From positions 17,414,711 through 17,478,710 of the forward strand of contig MU054187.1 in the NCBI GenBank assembly GCA_013239625.1: a stretch of DNA of 64,000 nucleotides. Reading direction: 5' to 3'. Positions within the stretch are counted from its first letter, which is position 1, and each line of letters opens with the position of its first letter. The translations under genes and the position numbers were made by a program. Below, piece after piece: positions 12,440 through 25,620 of this stretch. The notes beneath the pieces were generated by a model that did no database searches, was not told the origin of the DNA, and was given only the letters and a program-made list of their open reading frames with translations. Origin of the DNA: Lama guanicoe (Eukaryota).

Positions 12440-15270
12440 CTCACTAAGTACAATTAACACTTAGCATGCATGCAGACTTGTGCATGCTAAAGCCTTCTAG
12501 CGCAGGGTTTTATCAAGGTTTGCTTTGCCTGTCTTAGTTCCCGGGTCCCCTGTTAAATTTCCAGCTGGTCTGCTTGCTGGTCTATTTCTTACCTCAACTT
12601 CTATCAAAATCACAAGCAAGCCGGATTGTTGGCCTTCCCTGATTTTCTGCCACTAAGATCGCTATGTGTTTTGAAAACACTGCAAGTCATGGCATTTCCA
12701 ACATTCTTCTCCAAATGAAATCAGCCCTTCCCACAATCTTTGTATCACCTTTGCACCACAAAGTTGAGATGAGGGGACAGGAGCAGCCTCTGACTAAAAA
12801 GCCACACCGGTCTTCCTGAGGCTCAGCAGATTTACTTGAATAAATACTTCACATTTTGCTATATGTCTTGGGTTGATTTCAGACTCTAAATGCCTGATTT
12901 TTTTTTTAATAATTTCATCTGATTTACCATTTCATTTTGAAGAGAGAATTTGGAGAAAGGATTCACCTTATTCAGCCATTCTGAAAGTTTCCTGTTTTCC
13001 ATTCATTCATTCTCTCCTACCTCCTTTTGGGTTATTTGTATTCAGTGTACGTAATGTCTTTTTGAATATATCTTGGTATATTTCTTTCAAGAGTTGTTCT
13101 TGAGATTGCAATGCAATATTTAGTTTTTCAGTCTGTTTGGAATCAGTGTTTTTAGCACCTCAAGTGAAACATATAAGACTTACCACCATAAATTTCTTTA
13201 TCTACTCATTGTATTTTGCTTGTATTATATGATCCCTCTATATGCATTGAATTCCATCAGACAATTTTATGGTTTTTGCTCTCAACCATAACATATACAG
13301 CAGGAAAGAATGGTTCATTATGCTTTCTGTACATTTATCATTTCAATGCTCTTCTCTCATTCCTGACATTCCAAGTTTACTCTGGTAGCATTTCCTTTCT
13401 GTCTAAAAAAAATTACCAAAGCATGTCTGCTGCAAAAAAAATGCTCTAAGATTTTCTTCGTTTGAGAAAGTCTATGTCATTTTCTGTCCTGAAAGATATT
13501 TTCACTGGATATAGAATTCTGGGCTGACAGTAACTTTCTTTCAGCACTTTACAAATGCTCGTCCACTTACATCTGGCCTCCATGGTTTCTGATGAGAAAT
13601 CCAAGTCATTCATGTCATTTTCCCTTATAAATAATGAGCTCTTTTTCTCTGGCAGCTTTCAAGATGCATTTCTTGTCTTCAGTTTTCAGCAGTTAGACTA
13701 TGATGCAACTGCGTATGGCTGTCTTTTTCTTTTTTAGATTCACTGAGTGTCTTGAGTCTGTAGATTTACATAATTCACCAAAATTTTGGAAACGTACAGT
13801 CTCTTTTTTATTTTTATCTTTTCGCATTGCACACTTCTTTCTTTCTGAGACAGTGTGCATGTTAGAACTTTTGATGTTGTCCCAAAGGTCTCTGAAGCCC
13901 TTCTCATTTTTTGCAGTCTTTATTTTTTAACTCTTTATTCTGTTCACATTAGACAATTTCTATTAATATATCTTCAAGTTCACTGACTCTTTCCTTGATC
14001 ATTTCCATTTGGTTATTGAGCCCATCCAGTGGCTTTAATTGCTACTACATAGTTAAGTTTAAAAATTTCCATTGGTTTCTTTTACCTTGAATTTCTCCAG
14101 TGATGTTTCTACTGTCCCACTCATTCCAAGACATTCACCTTACTTGTAGGAGAATTTTTATAATAGCTCCTTTTTAATGTCTGTGCCAGAAAATTCCAAC
14201 ATATTTGTCATCTCAGCTTTGAGATCTGTTGAGTGTCTTTTTCCAAGTTAGTTGAGATTTCCCTTATATGTATTTAGCTGACTAAAGTAAGTTTTATCCC
14301 CAGACATTTTGAATATAATGTTATGAGATACTGGGTCTAATTTAAATCCTGTAGAGAACATTGGTAGTTTTGTTTTAGCAGGTAATTGGCCCATTTGGGT
14401 TCAGACCACAATTTCACTTACTTTCCGTGGGGTGAAATTTCAGTGTCCACAGTGCGTTTCAGATCCGTCATACGAAGGCACTGCCCAGTGTGCAGTCTCT
14501 GACCTAGGCAGCAGTCTTTCCTCAAGTTCAGTTTTCAACATCTATGATATGATACTTAAGGTCAAATCCATGATTTACAAGACAGGCGTAAATACAGATG
14601 TTCATAAACAAAAGAAGTGGGTCACTGTCCCAAACTACTCTCTCTCCACAATTTCTCTGGTATTTTCTGGGACCCTGGGCTCTTCTTTTTTATTCTCTGA
14701 TCAGAAAGCAGTTTTTCATTTATTTTTTCCACTGTTCTCTTACGTAGTTCCCACAACTGTGGGCCAGCAGTGAGAAGTCAGAGAAAGAAAAACAGCCCGG
14801 GTGTGCCCTATACTCTTAGGATCACGGCTCCTTCCATTAGAAGGAGATTTTCTCTCCTTTACAATTACAGGCTCTTAAAGGTCCCTATGTTAGAAATGCC
14901 ATGGGATGCTTGGTGGCTGAGACAAAAGAAAAGAATCAAAAAATAGAAAGGAAAACAACAAGGAGGCATTTCCTGTACCCTCTCTGAAAGCTAGGAGAAC
15001 CCATTCCAACTCTGCCCAGAAGAACGGCAGGAAGCCTGCTGGAGCCTTCTCTCCCAGCGCAAAGGCTCGTTTCTGGGTTTGCAGCTGTGTTGAATCCGGT
15101 CCTGAGAATGCTGGAAGGAAAGAAATAGTAAACCCACTGTCAGTTTGACATGACTTTGAATTCTATTCCTCTTCTCCAATCTGTTAGCTGCTTTTCAGAG
15201 TCCTCAAATCGTTTTTCTAAACATTTGGCCCAGGTTTCATAGCTGAACATTGACTTAGAAAGGCAGCATA
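12440..15270 (-). mobile_element. Ancient L1M 5' UTR/ORF1 fragments (probably more than one element)
   Basis: T-rich reverse L1 ORF1 signature, e.g. GGATATAGAATTCTGGGCTGACAG...TTCTTTCAGCACTTT...CTGGCCTCCATGGTTTCTGATGAGAAATC (13507-13600). Confidence 0.7.
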
Positions 15271-16004
15271 TTCTTACTTTATTTTACTCAATAAATTTTG
15301 CTGCTCCACCCATGTCTTCACTCATAACTCTAGTTGAGAATCATTAATGGTGTTGCTTTTATTTCACTAAGTTTTCACCATTGGTGTTCAAACTCCAGTC
15401 ACACACACCTCCACCAACCACTGAGATACACTGATATTATTTTACAAGCCTTCAAAAGCCTTCTTTTACTCTTTTCTGCTGGCATTTAATCTGAGGAAAA
15501 TTCTCTTAATCCATAAGGAATACATTTGGATCTAAGCAAACCCTTTTGGTTACGTGAGTCTGGCACAAGTGATTTTTCACTCCTTTTTGTCTCATGCATC
15601 CTGAAGTTTTCCTGTATTTGGTACTAATTTACTCATGAAAGGATGACCATAGGAATCCTTCCATCCCCGCCCCTGCAGTGGAATGCACTGGCTCTAAGTT
15701 ACAACATTCCTGTCAGAAAACGTACTATTCTGAGCTATGATTGTTTGCAAAATATGTGATTGTAGCCTGCAACCTGAAGACCTTCATGTCACTTCCTTCT
15801 GTCCAGGTATTTGACAAATTAATCACTGTGGGTAGTTTGACTGAAGGAACAGCAGGAAAGCCAAGTCTTTTGGGGATTAGAGGCAACTCAGAAGACCTTG
15901 GAATTCTTCTCAGCAATGAAGATTCTTGAAATAACTGATCCCTTTATTTAAAAAGCTTTACAGGGCAGAGACATTATCAGCAAGTAAATACTTTAAAAAC
16001 TGAT

Positions 16005-16485
16005 CTCCTAAGAAACTAGAAAAAGAAGAACAAATGAAGCCCAAAGTTAGTAGAAGGAAAGAAATAATAAAAATCAGAGGGGAAATAAGTGAAATAGATA
16101 CTAAAAAGATAATAGAAAAGATCAAAGAAACTAAGAGCTGGTTCTTTATGCAACACTGACAAACCATTAGGTGGACTCACCCAAAAAAAAAAAGAGAGAG
16201 AGAGTGGGTTTAACTATATAAAATAAAGAAATGAAAGAGGAGGTATTAGGTATTAACAACTGTTACCACAGAAGTACAAAATAGCAGAAGAGACCACTAT
16301 GAACAATTATACACCACCAAATTGAACAACCAAGAAGAAATGGATAAATTCCTAGAAACATACAATCATGCAAGATTGTATCTTTTCGAGGAGAAATAGA
16401 AAATCTGAATAGACCAATTACTAGTAAGTAGATTGAATCAGTAATCAACACCCCACCCCAACCAATAAACAAAAATCCAGGATAA
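16005..16485 (+). mobile_element. L1 ORF2 internal fragment
   Basis: Translates KKLEKEEQMKPKVSRRKEIIKIRGEISEIDTKKIIEKIKETKSWFF, then EEMDKFLETYN and EIENLNRPITS, with frameshifts. Confidence 0.9.
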
Positions 16486-17536
16486 TAAATTGTGCTGGAA
16501 AATAAATCTGGTCTCCTTTGTATCTGGAATATTTCTTTCTAACCATATGCTTTTAAAGAACAAGATATATGCAAAATTTCTTTCTTATCGGCATCTTCAA
16601 ATTTCATCACCAACTTACAGTATTTGTAGGACATTTGGAAAGGTTTATAAACAGAATTTTTGTGGTTCTAAATGAACACAAAAGTAATAGCCAAAACAAA
16701 AACATACTTGTTGGCACACAAAAAAGTCATGTTTCGTGTAGCTTTTCCTTTCTTTATTGGAAGAGAAAAATAGAGAAATTGCAGGAAGATTAGCCTCCAT
16801 TTTCATAAAAAGTGTTGAATGAATAAAATTGAAAAATCAGGTTTATCTATAGCTCTCTTGATGCTTAGCCTCTCATGCATACACGTGTTCATAATCATGG
16901 ACTATTGATAGTTTGCCAATAGTAGGGAATGTTGATTTCATTTACTTTTTCTAAGAAGTGCAATCTTGGGACAGACTCAGAATATGACATATTTTAAAAC
17001 ACTAAGTAATAAATATTTCAGATTTATAGTTTAATTTGTGGTTTATTTTCATATAAATTTAAAATTTACCTGTAATTAATATCTTACTTCTTGAGATATT
17101 TGTATGTCTTAAGGCCTATGCTGAATCTTAGCAGAGAAATTGAGACCAGGAAAGAGATTGCTAATTGCTTACCTAATACCCACTCTTACGTTGTTCCTTT
17201 TATAATGAATTCCTGTGTCAGTGTGTTTTTATTTCTTCTTCCCTTCCCTATAGTTTTTGTTTTATACAGGAAATCATTGAGCTATTTAGTGTTCAGGTGT
17301 TAACAAATACTCTATCTTCATTTGAAATGGCTTTTAGCATGATAAAATGCCTTTCTTTGTCTTGTTTAATGAATTTTGCCTTAAATTTAACTTGTGCAAT
17401 TACAACCCCTGCTTTCTTATTATTTTCACATTCAGTGTAAATCTTTGTTCACTGTTTTTACTTTTGGCCTTTATCGATTGCTGCACTTTAGGTACTTGTA
17501 TGCAATGTAGATTTGAATGTTACTCTATAATCTCTC

Positions 17537-17790
17537 TTTTTTTTACCTGTATTGAGATATAATTGACAAATAAAACTGTAACAAATTTAAAGTATACATT
17601 TGATGATTTAATATAGGTACACATTGTGAAACAATTCCCTCCGTTGAGTTAACACATTCATCACCTCACATAACTCACAAATTTACTTTTTTTGTGTGTG
17701 AGAAGATTTAAGTCCTACTCTCTTAGTAAGTTTCAATTATACAAACTGTTACCAACTATAGTCACCATTTGTTATAGAATATTATATATT
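17537..17790 (-). mobile_element. L1MA-type 3' UTR end
   Basis: T-run followed by ATTGAGATATAATTGACAAATAAAACTGTA...TTAACACATTCATCACCTCACATA...CTACTCTCTTAG...ACTATAGTCACCAT. Confidence 0.8.
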
Positions 17791-18346
17791 ATAATGTATA
17801 TTTATTAACTTGAAGATTAAGTTCTTGTCTTATTTTTTAATTCTTATTTTTCATTAGTTTGGAAGGTGAGGAATTAAATTTAAAATATGTATATAAAAAT
17901 AACTGAATAAGACTTTTATATTTGAGAACCACTCAATTAATTATTCCACTTAAAATTTTTATAAAACCATTCAAATTGATTATAAGTTTCTCACATTCAG
18001 AATATTTAGTTAACCGATTTAATATTTCACTCTTCAAATACTTTAGGTAACATCTTTTGTAAGTCTCCAGACCATGCTGCCATCAAATATAGCACATTAT
18101 AGTCCATAATGAAGAGGCAATACTGCCTCCAAATATAATATATCAATTTTTTGTGAAAAATACTGTTTCTCAGCTGAGACAAACACTATGTCTCTATACT
18201 ACACACTATAAACCAAAATAATTGCTTCTGTCATTTAAAAATTGATTAATAAAGCATATTTGATCTAAAACGCTTCCTCCTTCAATTTTAACAGTGGCAG
18301 AACATTAAGTAGTCACGTTAAGAAGCTATAAATTCAAAATTAAATT

Positions 18347-18395
18347 GTTCTAATACAACATTGTAAATCACCTATACTTCATTTTTTTAAAATGG
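18347..18395 (+). mobile_element. Very short L1 3' tail
   Basis: CTAATACAACATTGTAAATCACCTATACTTCA resembles the terminus of the L1 at 11566-12183. Confidence 0.5.
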
Positions 18396-19669
18396 GGGAA
18401 AAAATAAATTGTGAGAAAATTGTTTAATAGAATGAAACAATTCTGCCCAACATTGCAAATAACATTTGTTAATGAAACATATTAGAATATTTGCAGTGCA
18501 ATTTATAAATGTAAATGTGCAGCATAGTACTGTATAACAGCTGTGGCTTTGTGAAATGAGTTGGTACCTTCCATAGTGCAAAATATGGAACAATACAGAT
18601 GTCTAATTTGAATCAACGTGGTTTCACATGGCATGTCACAGTGGGAACCTTAATGATCTTCTACCTGAATTATTTGCCTGACTCCACTTTCTGTTCTGTG
18701 ATGTGTGGATGGGAACCATGCTGAGGATAATTGGAGACTAATTACTAGCCATGTCAATGGTAACTCTCCTACAAGGATCAACCACGTTTTCTCTTTTAAA
18801 AAAATATTTTCTTGGCTAATGACAATGAAAAGAAGGAGAATTCAGACTGTTTTCTGGTTTATTTGTTCCCGGGGTGGTTTGTTATCCCCCTTGAAAAACC
18901 AAGAATTACTTAATCATAAATAAAAATTGAGATTTTTGTTGCATTTAAAACAGATGTTGAGGATGAAAACAGAAGGCTAAGGTGGCAAAGTGTACAAGGA
19001 AAGAACTCAGCCCTAACCATTATTTAATTAAATGAACTTAAGGCAGTGCAGAGACAAGCGAGGTAAGCACTAAAGGATTTAGCTAGATAAACATTTACTA
19101 TTGTGTTGTCTTGCTTTTTCTTATATGTCAGCCGTGTTGATGAGTAACATGCATGATAAACTCGTAAGTACAAGTTTTAAGCTTTGTTACTTATGTGAGA
19201 GAGATTTCTGAAGTCACTAAGTAGAAGTACAAAGAAAACAAGCTGGAATTTATTAACTTACAGCAGATGCAAGATTTTGAAATGATTTTGATAATTCTCA
19301 TTATGAAAGAACCATCTATACTGCATATACACTTTATAGGTTTAACAATGTTCTGAGTTAAAATAATCTCCTTAAATTTTATTGTGCATTTAATAATAAA
19401 TTCCCAAGGAATAATATTATACTAAATATGCATAACCAGTAAAATTAATCTAAACTTCCTTCAGGAGAGCAACTTCCTTCTGGTATATTTGAAATATCTG
19501 ATTAGATTACCTGGAGAGAAAGTGGGGTTCAGATAAACATATTTATTTTAATAAAATAAGGACCCTATGTATACCACAAAGTATGGCATGTTAGAATCTT
19601 TTATGAAGTAGCAGCAGGCTCATGGGAAACCACTGGAACCTAATTATGCTTAATAATTAGAAAAATCAG

Positions 19670-19810
19670 TCTCTTTGATGATGGATGCTCACTGAACTTA
19701 CTGTGGTCATCATTTCATGATGCATGTAAATCAAATCATTATACAGTACATGTTAAACTTATACAGAGCTGCATTTCAATTATATCTCAATAAAACTGGA
19801 AAGAAAAACT
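19670..19810 (+). mobile_element. L1 (L1MC/MB-type) 3' end
   Basis: ACTTACTGTGGTCATCATTTCATGATG...AAACTTATACAG...CAATTATATCTCAATAAAACTGGAAAGAAAAA. Confidence 0.75.
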
Positions 19811-20269
19811 ATATATAAAGAAAGATAAAAGCTTAAACTCAAATTAATATTTTAAGAGAAAAAAAGAAAAAAACCCAGCTGTTTATTCTATAGTCATTGA
19901 CTTTGTTACCAAAATGAATTTAGTGAAGAAAAATACAACTAGAACAAGTAAAACATATACCATGAAACTTGACCTTTATAGAATACAAAGATTTGGTGTA
20001 TACCTTACCAGTAAAACATGAGAATCTTCTTGAGTAGAAAAATTATAGGCTAGAACCCAAAGGTCAGTCAGTATCCCATGTAACTAATAAATTAAAGATG
20101 CTACATATTTTTAATCAAATATAATACTTAAATATGCTTTCCCTGTGACATATATAAGTCTAAGAATAAAAACCAGAAATTATTTTATATACCCATTTTT
20201 TTCAAGGGGGTGTCTTTCTATTATTACAACAAAGCACAGAATCCAAAATGACTATGACTATGTTTTTTT

Positions 20270-21295
20270 CAAAAATATTTAAGAAGCGAATCTGAATAGG
20301 CTGTTAATGTACAACGTTTGGATATTTTAAGAGTCTTTAAAGGTAAATGCAGTAGATTAAAACATATCAAACATATTTAAATACATGAATTTATTATTGA
20401 TATTAAAAAAACAACAATAGCAGCAAAAGCCTGATTGATCACCTTTGGAATAAAATAGATAACCAGCTCATTACTTGAAAAATTAGTTTAAAAATAGAAA
20501 AAGAATGAGGAGGAGAGAGAAGTGAGAAGGGATGAAGAGGAGAGAGCAGACATACATTTTCTAGATTTTTGTACAAGCATTGTACTTTAACTCAAAAGTT
20601 AATGATAGAAGTGATGAATATACCACATATGAATTGGTTTTTCTACGAACCAAACATACCAAACTTGAATCTGATCAGAACTCTGGATCTAACTACCAAT
20701 TTATGAGAAATGTGGAAGCAAAATCTGTGTTAAATGGCACCATGGGGACGCATTGACAAAATTTAGAATATGAGACACAGGGCAAATATTCTGGGGTTTT
20801 TTCAAGCACAACAAAAACAACATAAAAGCAAAAGGCAAAGAGAGATGAGTAAGATTTAAAGAGAAATACCAACAAATAAACAAATCACAAAATATAAAAG
20901 TTATTTGTGTCCTGAATAAATTCGTATTTAAGAATTATAAGACAATTTGTGCAATATGACTACTACATAAATATTTGAAGATATTAAAGAATCATGAATT
21001 TTTTAGTGTAAAATGATACTTGAATATATTTTCTGAAAAACTTTTAAGTTCTTATCTTTTAGTTACATGATGAAATGCTTACAGGTAAAATGATAAGTTA
21101 TCTGGGATTTAATTCAACAGTACATTAGAGAGGTCAGTAGGGATATAGATCTCAAAATGAAATTGGCTGGGAAATTGATCATTCTTGTACCTTGGTGATG
21201 GATACATGCAGATTCATCACTTTGCAGTATTTTTTTCCTGTTTTATTTTTGCTTTGGTTGGAAATTATCTGTAATAAAATTTTAAGAAATAAAAA
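20270..21295 (+). mobile_element. Old L1MC-type 3' region
   Basis: TTGATCACCTTTGGA...CCAGCTCATTACTTGAAAA; AACTTGAATCTGATCA...CTCTGGATCTAACTACCAATTTA; ends TTGGTGATGGATACATG...TAATAAAATTTT. Confidence 0.65.
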
Positions 21296-21951
21296 GAACA
21301 CTTGGATCCTTAGACAAAGAGCAGTTTGAGGACATTGTGATCTGCAGAGAATGTCACTTCTGCCCTGTGGGCATCTGCAGATCTCAGGATGTTGGAGCCT
21401 CAGTTCGGGACAGAAAACCAGACCCCAAGTTACACAAGTGAAGAGTTAGAAATGAGACCCCCACGAAAACTACAACCCTCAATGACTAGGTAAACTGGAA
21501 AAAGTATACATCTGTCAGGAAAAGTTGGCATCAAGGAGATAAAATTCCTCTGTTTTGCTCTAAATATAAGTAAGGATAGAGGGACAAGCTAAAAATACCA
21601 AAATGAAACTAACAGACAAACCCTTATGGTGTTATATTCTGTAGGATAACTTTCACTAGTCAGTGGATTTTCAAAATTGTGGACACTATTACGTATTAAA
21701 CAAAATTTAAGAGGCAACACAAATTGTGTACTGAGCTGTAAGGTTGAGTTTGTACAAATCAAGTGTAAAAATAAATCAATATAATTGGGGAAATGATTAT
21801 GGGCTATGAATTAGACAATACTAAGGAATTATTCTTAATTTTTAAGTAGGCTAATAACACATGTTTTTTGTAAGAAAATATCCATATTTTTAGAGATGCA
21901 TATTGAAGTAGGCAGTGCTGAAAAATTATATTTGAAATATGCTTTACAAAT

Positions 21952-22113
21952 GTGTTACTTAAAGTGTGGTCCCTAGACTAGAGCAGCAGACTCACCTGGG
22001 ACATATTTGAAATGCAGACTCTCAGTCACCACCACAGACTCACTGAATCAAAATTCACGTTCTGAGAAGTTCTCCAAGTGGTTTTAATAGACATTAAAAT
22101 TATAGAAACTCTG
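21952..22113. mobile_element. MER5A-type hAT-Charlie MITE inserted in an old L1 3' region
   Basis: AAAGTGTGGTCCCTAGAC...CAGCAG...TCACCTGGGA...GAAATGCAGACTCTCAG...CCACAGACTCACTGAATCAAAAT. Confidence 0.8.
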
Positions 22114-23314
22114 ATTGTAAAAACTACAACTAAGAAAAAAAAAGACAAAATAAATGAAGACAAAGTGGCAGAATTTTCATAATTGTTAAATATGGAAAGG
22201 ACACACAAGATTAATTGTACTATTATTCTTACTTTTGTATGTTGTAGATGTTTTTCATTATTACATCTAAAAATATAAAAAGCACAAAATTCAAAGTCCA
22301 ACAGACTAATTTGCATAATTTTTTCTACATCTACCCTTGCTCTGTCTCTAAATCTATATAATGTTTATTCTATTATATTGATGTTAAAGAGAAAGATATT
22401 GCTATGCTGTTTAAACTATAGTATATACTGGAAGGCAGAACATTCTGATAAATAAGTTTAATTTTTCCTGAAACTTATGATAAACTAGAAAATTATGCCT
22501 TAAAATTACTAGAATGTTGACAATTAATGTATGAATACAGTTGTGGCTTATGATAATGTAATTATATTCAAAGCTTAACTATATAAATGGGGTATTTTTA
22601 TTATACATCTTCGCAAGAATCAATATTAAATTATACTATATTTGATGATTATAGAATCAAAGTTGTAGTAATCAGAAAACAGGAAGATCTAACATTAAAT
22701 TAGATGATTCCTAAAATGGTCAGGAAGTAACAATCAAATTGTATTTTTGCATATAGAGATAACTGTGAGGGAAATTATTTTCTATATTATACCAGAGTAG
22801 AAAAAAACATGGTACATGAAAGTTTGAAAAATTGTAAAGATGTAACACAAAGTTAAATTGAAAGCCAAGAAACTGACAATTTCCATGCATACAGCATATA
22901 AAAATTACATTTTGAAGCAACAGGGCCATAAAATAACTCAGAATCTTCAACCAATTCATGTGCAAACTAGTATGACCAACGTAACCCTCATGCCTATTCA
23001 AATTTGCAACAAAATTAGAGAAAGACAGAAGACAAAATCATTTTGCATTGTTCATCTGTAAATGCACTTTCTGGATGATATTCTAAACTTATCCCCATGT
23101 TTCTTTGTCTTTGAAAGTATTGTTTTGTTCAGTAATAATTTTTAAAATCATTATGGCAAAGTAAATATTTCCCCAAGAAAATTTTTACATTTTTCTCCAA
23201 GGAACATAATAAACATATTTGCAGAAAGCTATCACTAAAATCTGTATTTATGGAATTAATGGATCAAATCAGACCCAAGAGATTAGCAGTTGTTTTGTTT
23301 TGTTTTGTTTCATT

Positions 23315-23620
23315 TTTACTCACACTTTTATTGAAGACTTCAAAGAGCTTTAGTTTTTGTGGGTTGTATTTATCAGTATTTTGTATATTGGAAGTTAAAA
23401 CTGAGAAGTTTTAAAAAATTAATTGATAATAAAATAACAAGAATCCCACTATATATGAATCTAAACATATTTTTAAGGATAATAGCTATATTTTCAAAAA
23501 GAAAAATATCAAGGAGAAAAGTTGCATTATTTTAAAGTTTTTTAAATATCTTTAATATTTGGCTCAGTAGAAGATGGCTGGATTCTCATACCGATTTCTG
23601 AGTCTAATCAGTCGTACTAT
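23315..23620. mobile_element. Charlie1-like hAT DNA transposon fragment
   Basis: TTATTGAAGACTTCAAAGAGCTTT...TGTGGGTT...AAAACTGAGAA...TAGAAGATGGCTGGATTCTCATA. Confidence 0.65.
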
Positions 23621-23790
23621 CAACAGCACACTCTTAAGTGGTTATAATAGTTATTCTGCATTGTCAACAGTGCATAATTTCTGTATTTTTCAGTTTAATG
23701 GTGCTAGGTGAATTGCAGTGGTAATTCATTTGATAATTCATAAAATTTAAATATAATTTTAATTGGCATTTCTATTGTTGCAGAAAAATG

Positions 23791-24258
23791 TGTTACAGCT
23801 CAGTTGTGACAGCAACCTGGATCCGGGCGAGAGACCAAGCAGCACTCAGCGAGTTAGACAACTCAGGTTTATTACGCCAGTGGGCCCAGAGGAGTAAACA
23901 CTCCAAGCTCTGAACCCCGTCTGTAGGTTTACACAGGCTTTTATAGGCTACCAGTTTACACTTTGCTACATCATATGCAAATAAGGTATAAGAAAAGTTG
24001 ACTAATAAGGAACAGGTTTTGTAGAAATGGACCAATCAGGGGGGAGAGAAATAACCAATCAGGAGTGAGGGAAATAATCAATCAGGAATGAGGGATATGG
24101 ACCAGTCAGGAGTGCGCTCCACTTTCCTAGAAGTTAGCCATTTCAGAGGCAAAAAGTGAGATAAAGCCGCTGAGCCAGGGAACAACATGGTGCTGGCAGG
24201 AGAGTAGTGGCCCTGCCTGGGGGTCCTGCTGGTCTTTTTTATGAGGCTTCCCACCTCA
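23791..24258 (-). mobile_element. Solo ERV1-type LTR, relatively young
   Basis: TG...CA termini. On the minus strand there is TATAAAA (~23939-23945) followed by AATAAA (~23867-23872). It retains CpGs and has U3 tandem CCAAT repeats. The right end could be 24261. Confidence 0.85.
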
Positions 24259-24606
24259 CCATAATGATTACTGGGTTGAGCACTTATTTTGTATGTTAAA
24301 ATTGGCACTTGTATATCCACTTTGGGAAGTGACTATTGACACTTATTTCTCATTGTTAGTCTGAGGCATTTTTGAAACTTTCTGTATCCTAAACAGAGGA
24401 AGAACTGTAACAGTATGTATTTAAAATTTTTATCTTTTGAGAATTATTTTGAGAAAAATTGAACACACTACCAGGAAAGATAAAACAGAATTTGAGAATC
24501 ATCAGTACAGGAAAATGCAGCCACAAAAATTTTCATGTACTCATATAAATTTTCTCCCTTACTTCTAAATATTTTCAATCAGAAAGTCATACTAAAAATA
24601 TGTTAC

Positions 24607-25104
24607 TGTAATAGGGAAGAACAAATCTGACCCCATGTAAGATCTGTTCCTTTAGCTCTAACCCTGTGCTCTGTTTCCTGTGCTTAGTCATGCTGGTTCT
24701 GCACCTTTTGTAAAAGAATGTTGCCTGTAGCCTGAAATATATAGGAGAGCCCATTCTCAAGGCTCTGAACTTAAGGGTATAATACTTTTCCATTCATATA
24801 GAGGTAAAAGTTGCAAAACAAAGAATAACATTTGTCTTGTTGGAGGTTTACAGGGACACCATGACCTGGTCTACCCAGACAACTGCAAGAACAAAAGGAT
24901 TCCAACCAACCACACACCCTCCCCTTTTTAGTATAAAAGGAGCCTGAATTCTGACTTGGGTATGATGGTTCTCCACGACATTAGTCCCCCATCTTCTAGG
25001 TCTGCTGGCTTCCCAAATAAAGTTGTATTCCTTGCCCTAACACCTCATCTCTTGATGTATTGGCCTGTTGCGTGGTAAGCAGAATGAGTTTGGACTCAGT
25101 ACCA
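24607..25104 (+). mobile_element. Solo MER41-like ERV1 LTR
   Basis: Termini TGTAATAGGG...CAGTACCA. TATAAAA at 24932-24938, AATAAA at 25016-25021. U5 CCATCTTCTAGGTCTGCTGGCTTCCCAAATAAAGT...TTCCTTGCCC is typical of the MER41 group. Flanks TTAC/TTAT give a 3/4 TSD match. Confidence 0.85.
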
Positions 25105-25232
25105 TTATTAAGCTCTTCTATATTTCAAAGTTGTCATTTCACTGGCTTTCTACATATTTCTAGTTAAATCATTTATATATAACAAGGAGTCAGATGATTA
25201 AAAACCAATAGATCAATGCTGTTTCAATAGTA

Positions 25233-25620
25233 CATTTATTTACTCAAAAACAAATAATTTATGCCTATAATTTTTTTTTTATGTGTGGCAATGGTCTAGA
25301 CTCTAGAGACAGACAAGATCTCTACTTTTACAGAGTATAGATTCTTGCTTTGGTAGTTAGAAAGCAAAGAAATATATAAATAGAAGCTCAAGATAATTTT
25401 AAGCAAAAATAAGCACTACCGAAAAAAAAAAAAACCCCACTACTCGGTGACATGAGGAGGAAAGGCATGAGGATATTCTAATTTGGATGTAGTAAGGGGT
25501 AACTGAGCATCTTATTAAAAGTTTGTTTTTAAGCAGAAACCTGAATGACTTGAAAGACCTGTCTGTTTTAAGAAACTGGAAGAGAGGAGAAACCCAGAAA
25601 TGTAGTCAGGGTGGCTAGAA
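25233..25620 (-). mobile_element. L2 LINE 3' fragment
   Basis: ATTTATTTACTCAAAAACAAATAATTT...CAGACAAGATCTCTAC...TTTAAGCAGAAACCTGAATGA. Confidence 0.6.

Noticed and set aside
12461..12490. 10-bp inverted repeat TTAGCATGCA/TGCATGCTAA
   Set aside because: It lies within an old L1 5' UTR segment rich in GCATGC words and is probably inherited from the element.
15725..15929. Overlapping ORFs on both strands with an acceptor-like CTTCTGTCCAG
   Set aside because: No recognisable protein similarity and no matching donor before the stop, so it is consistent with chance.
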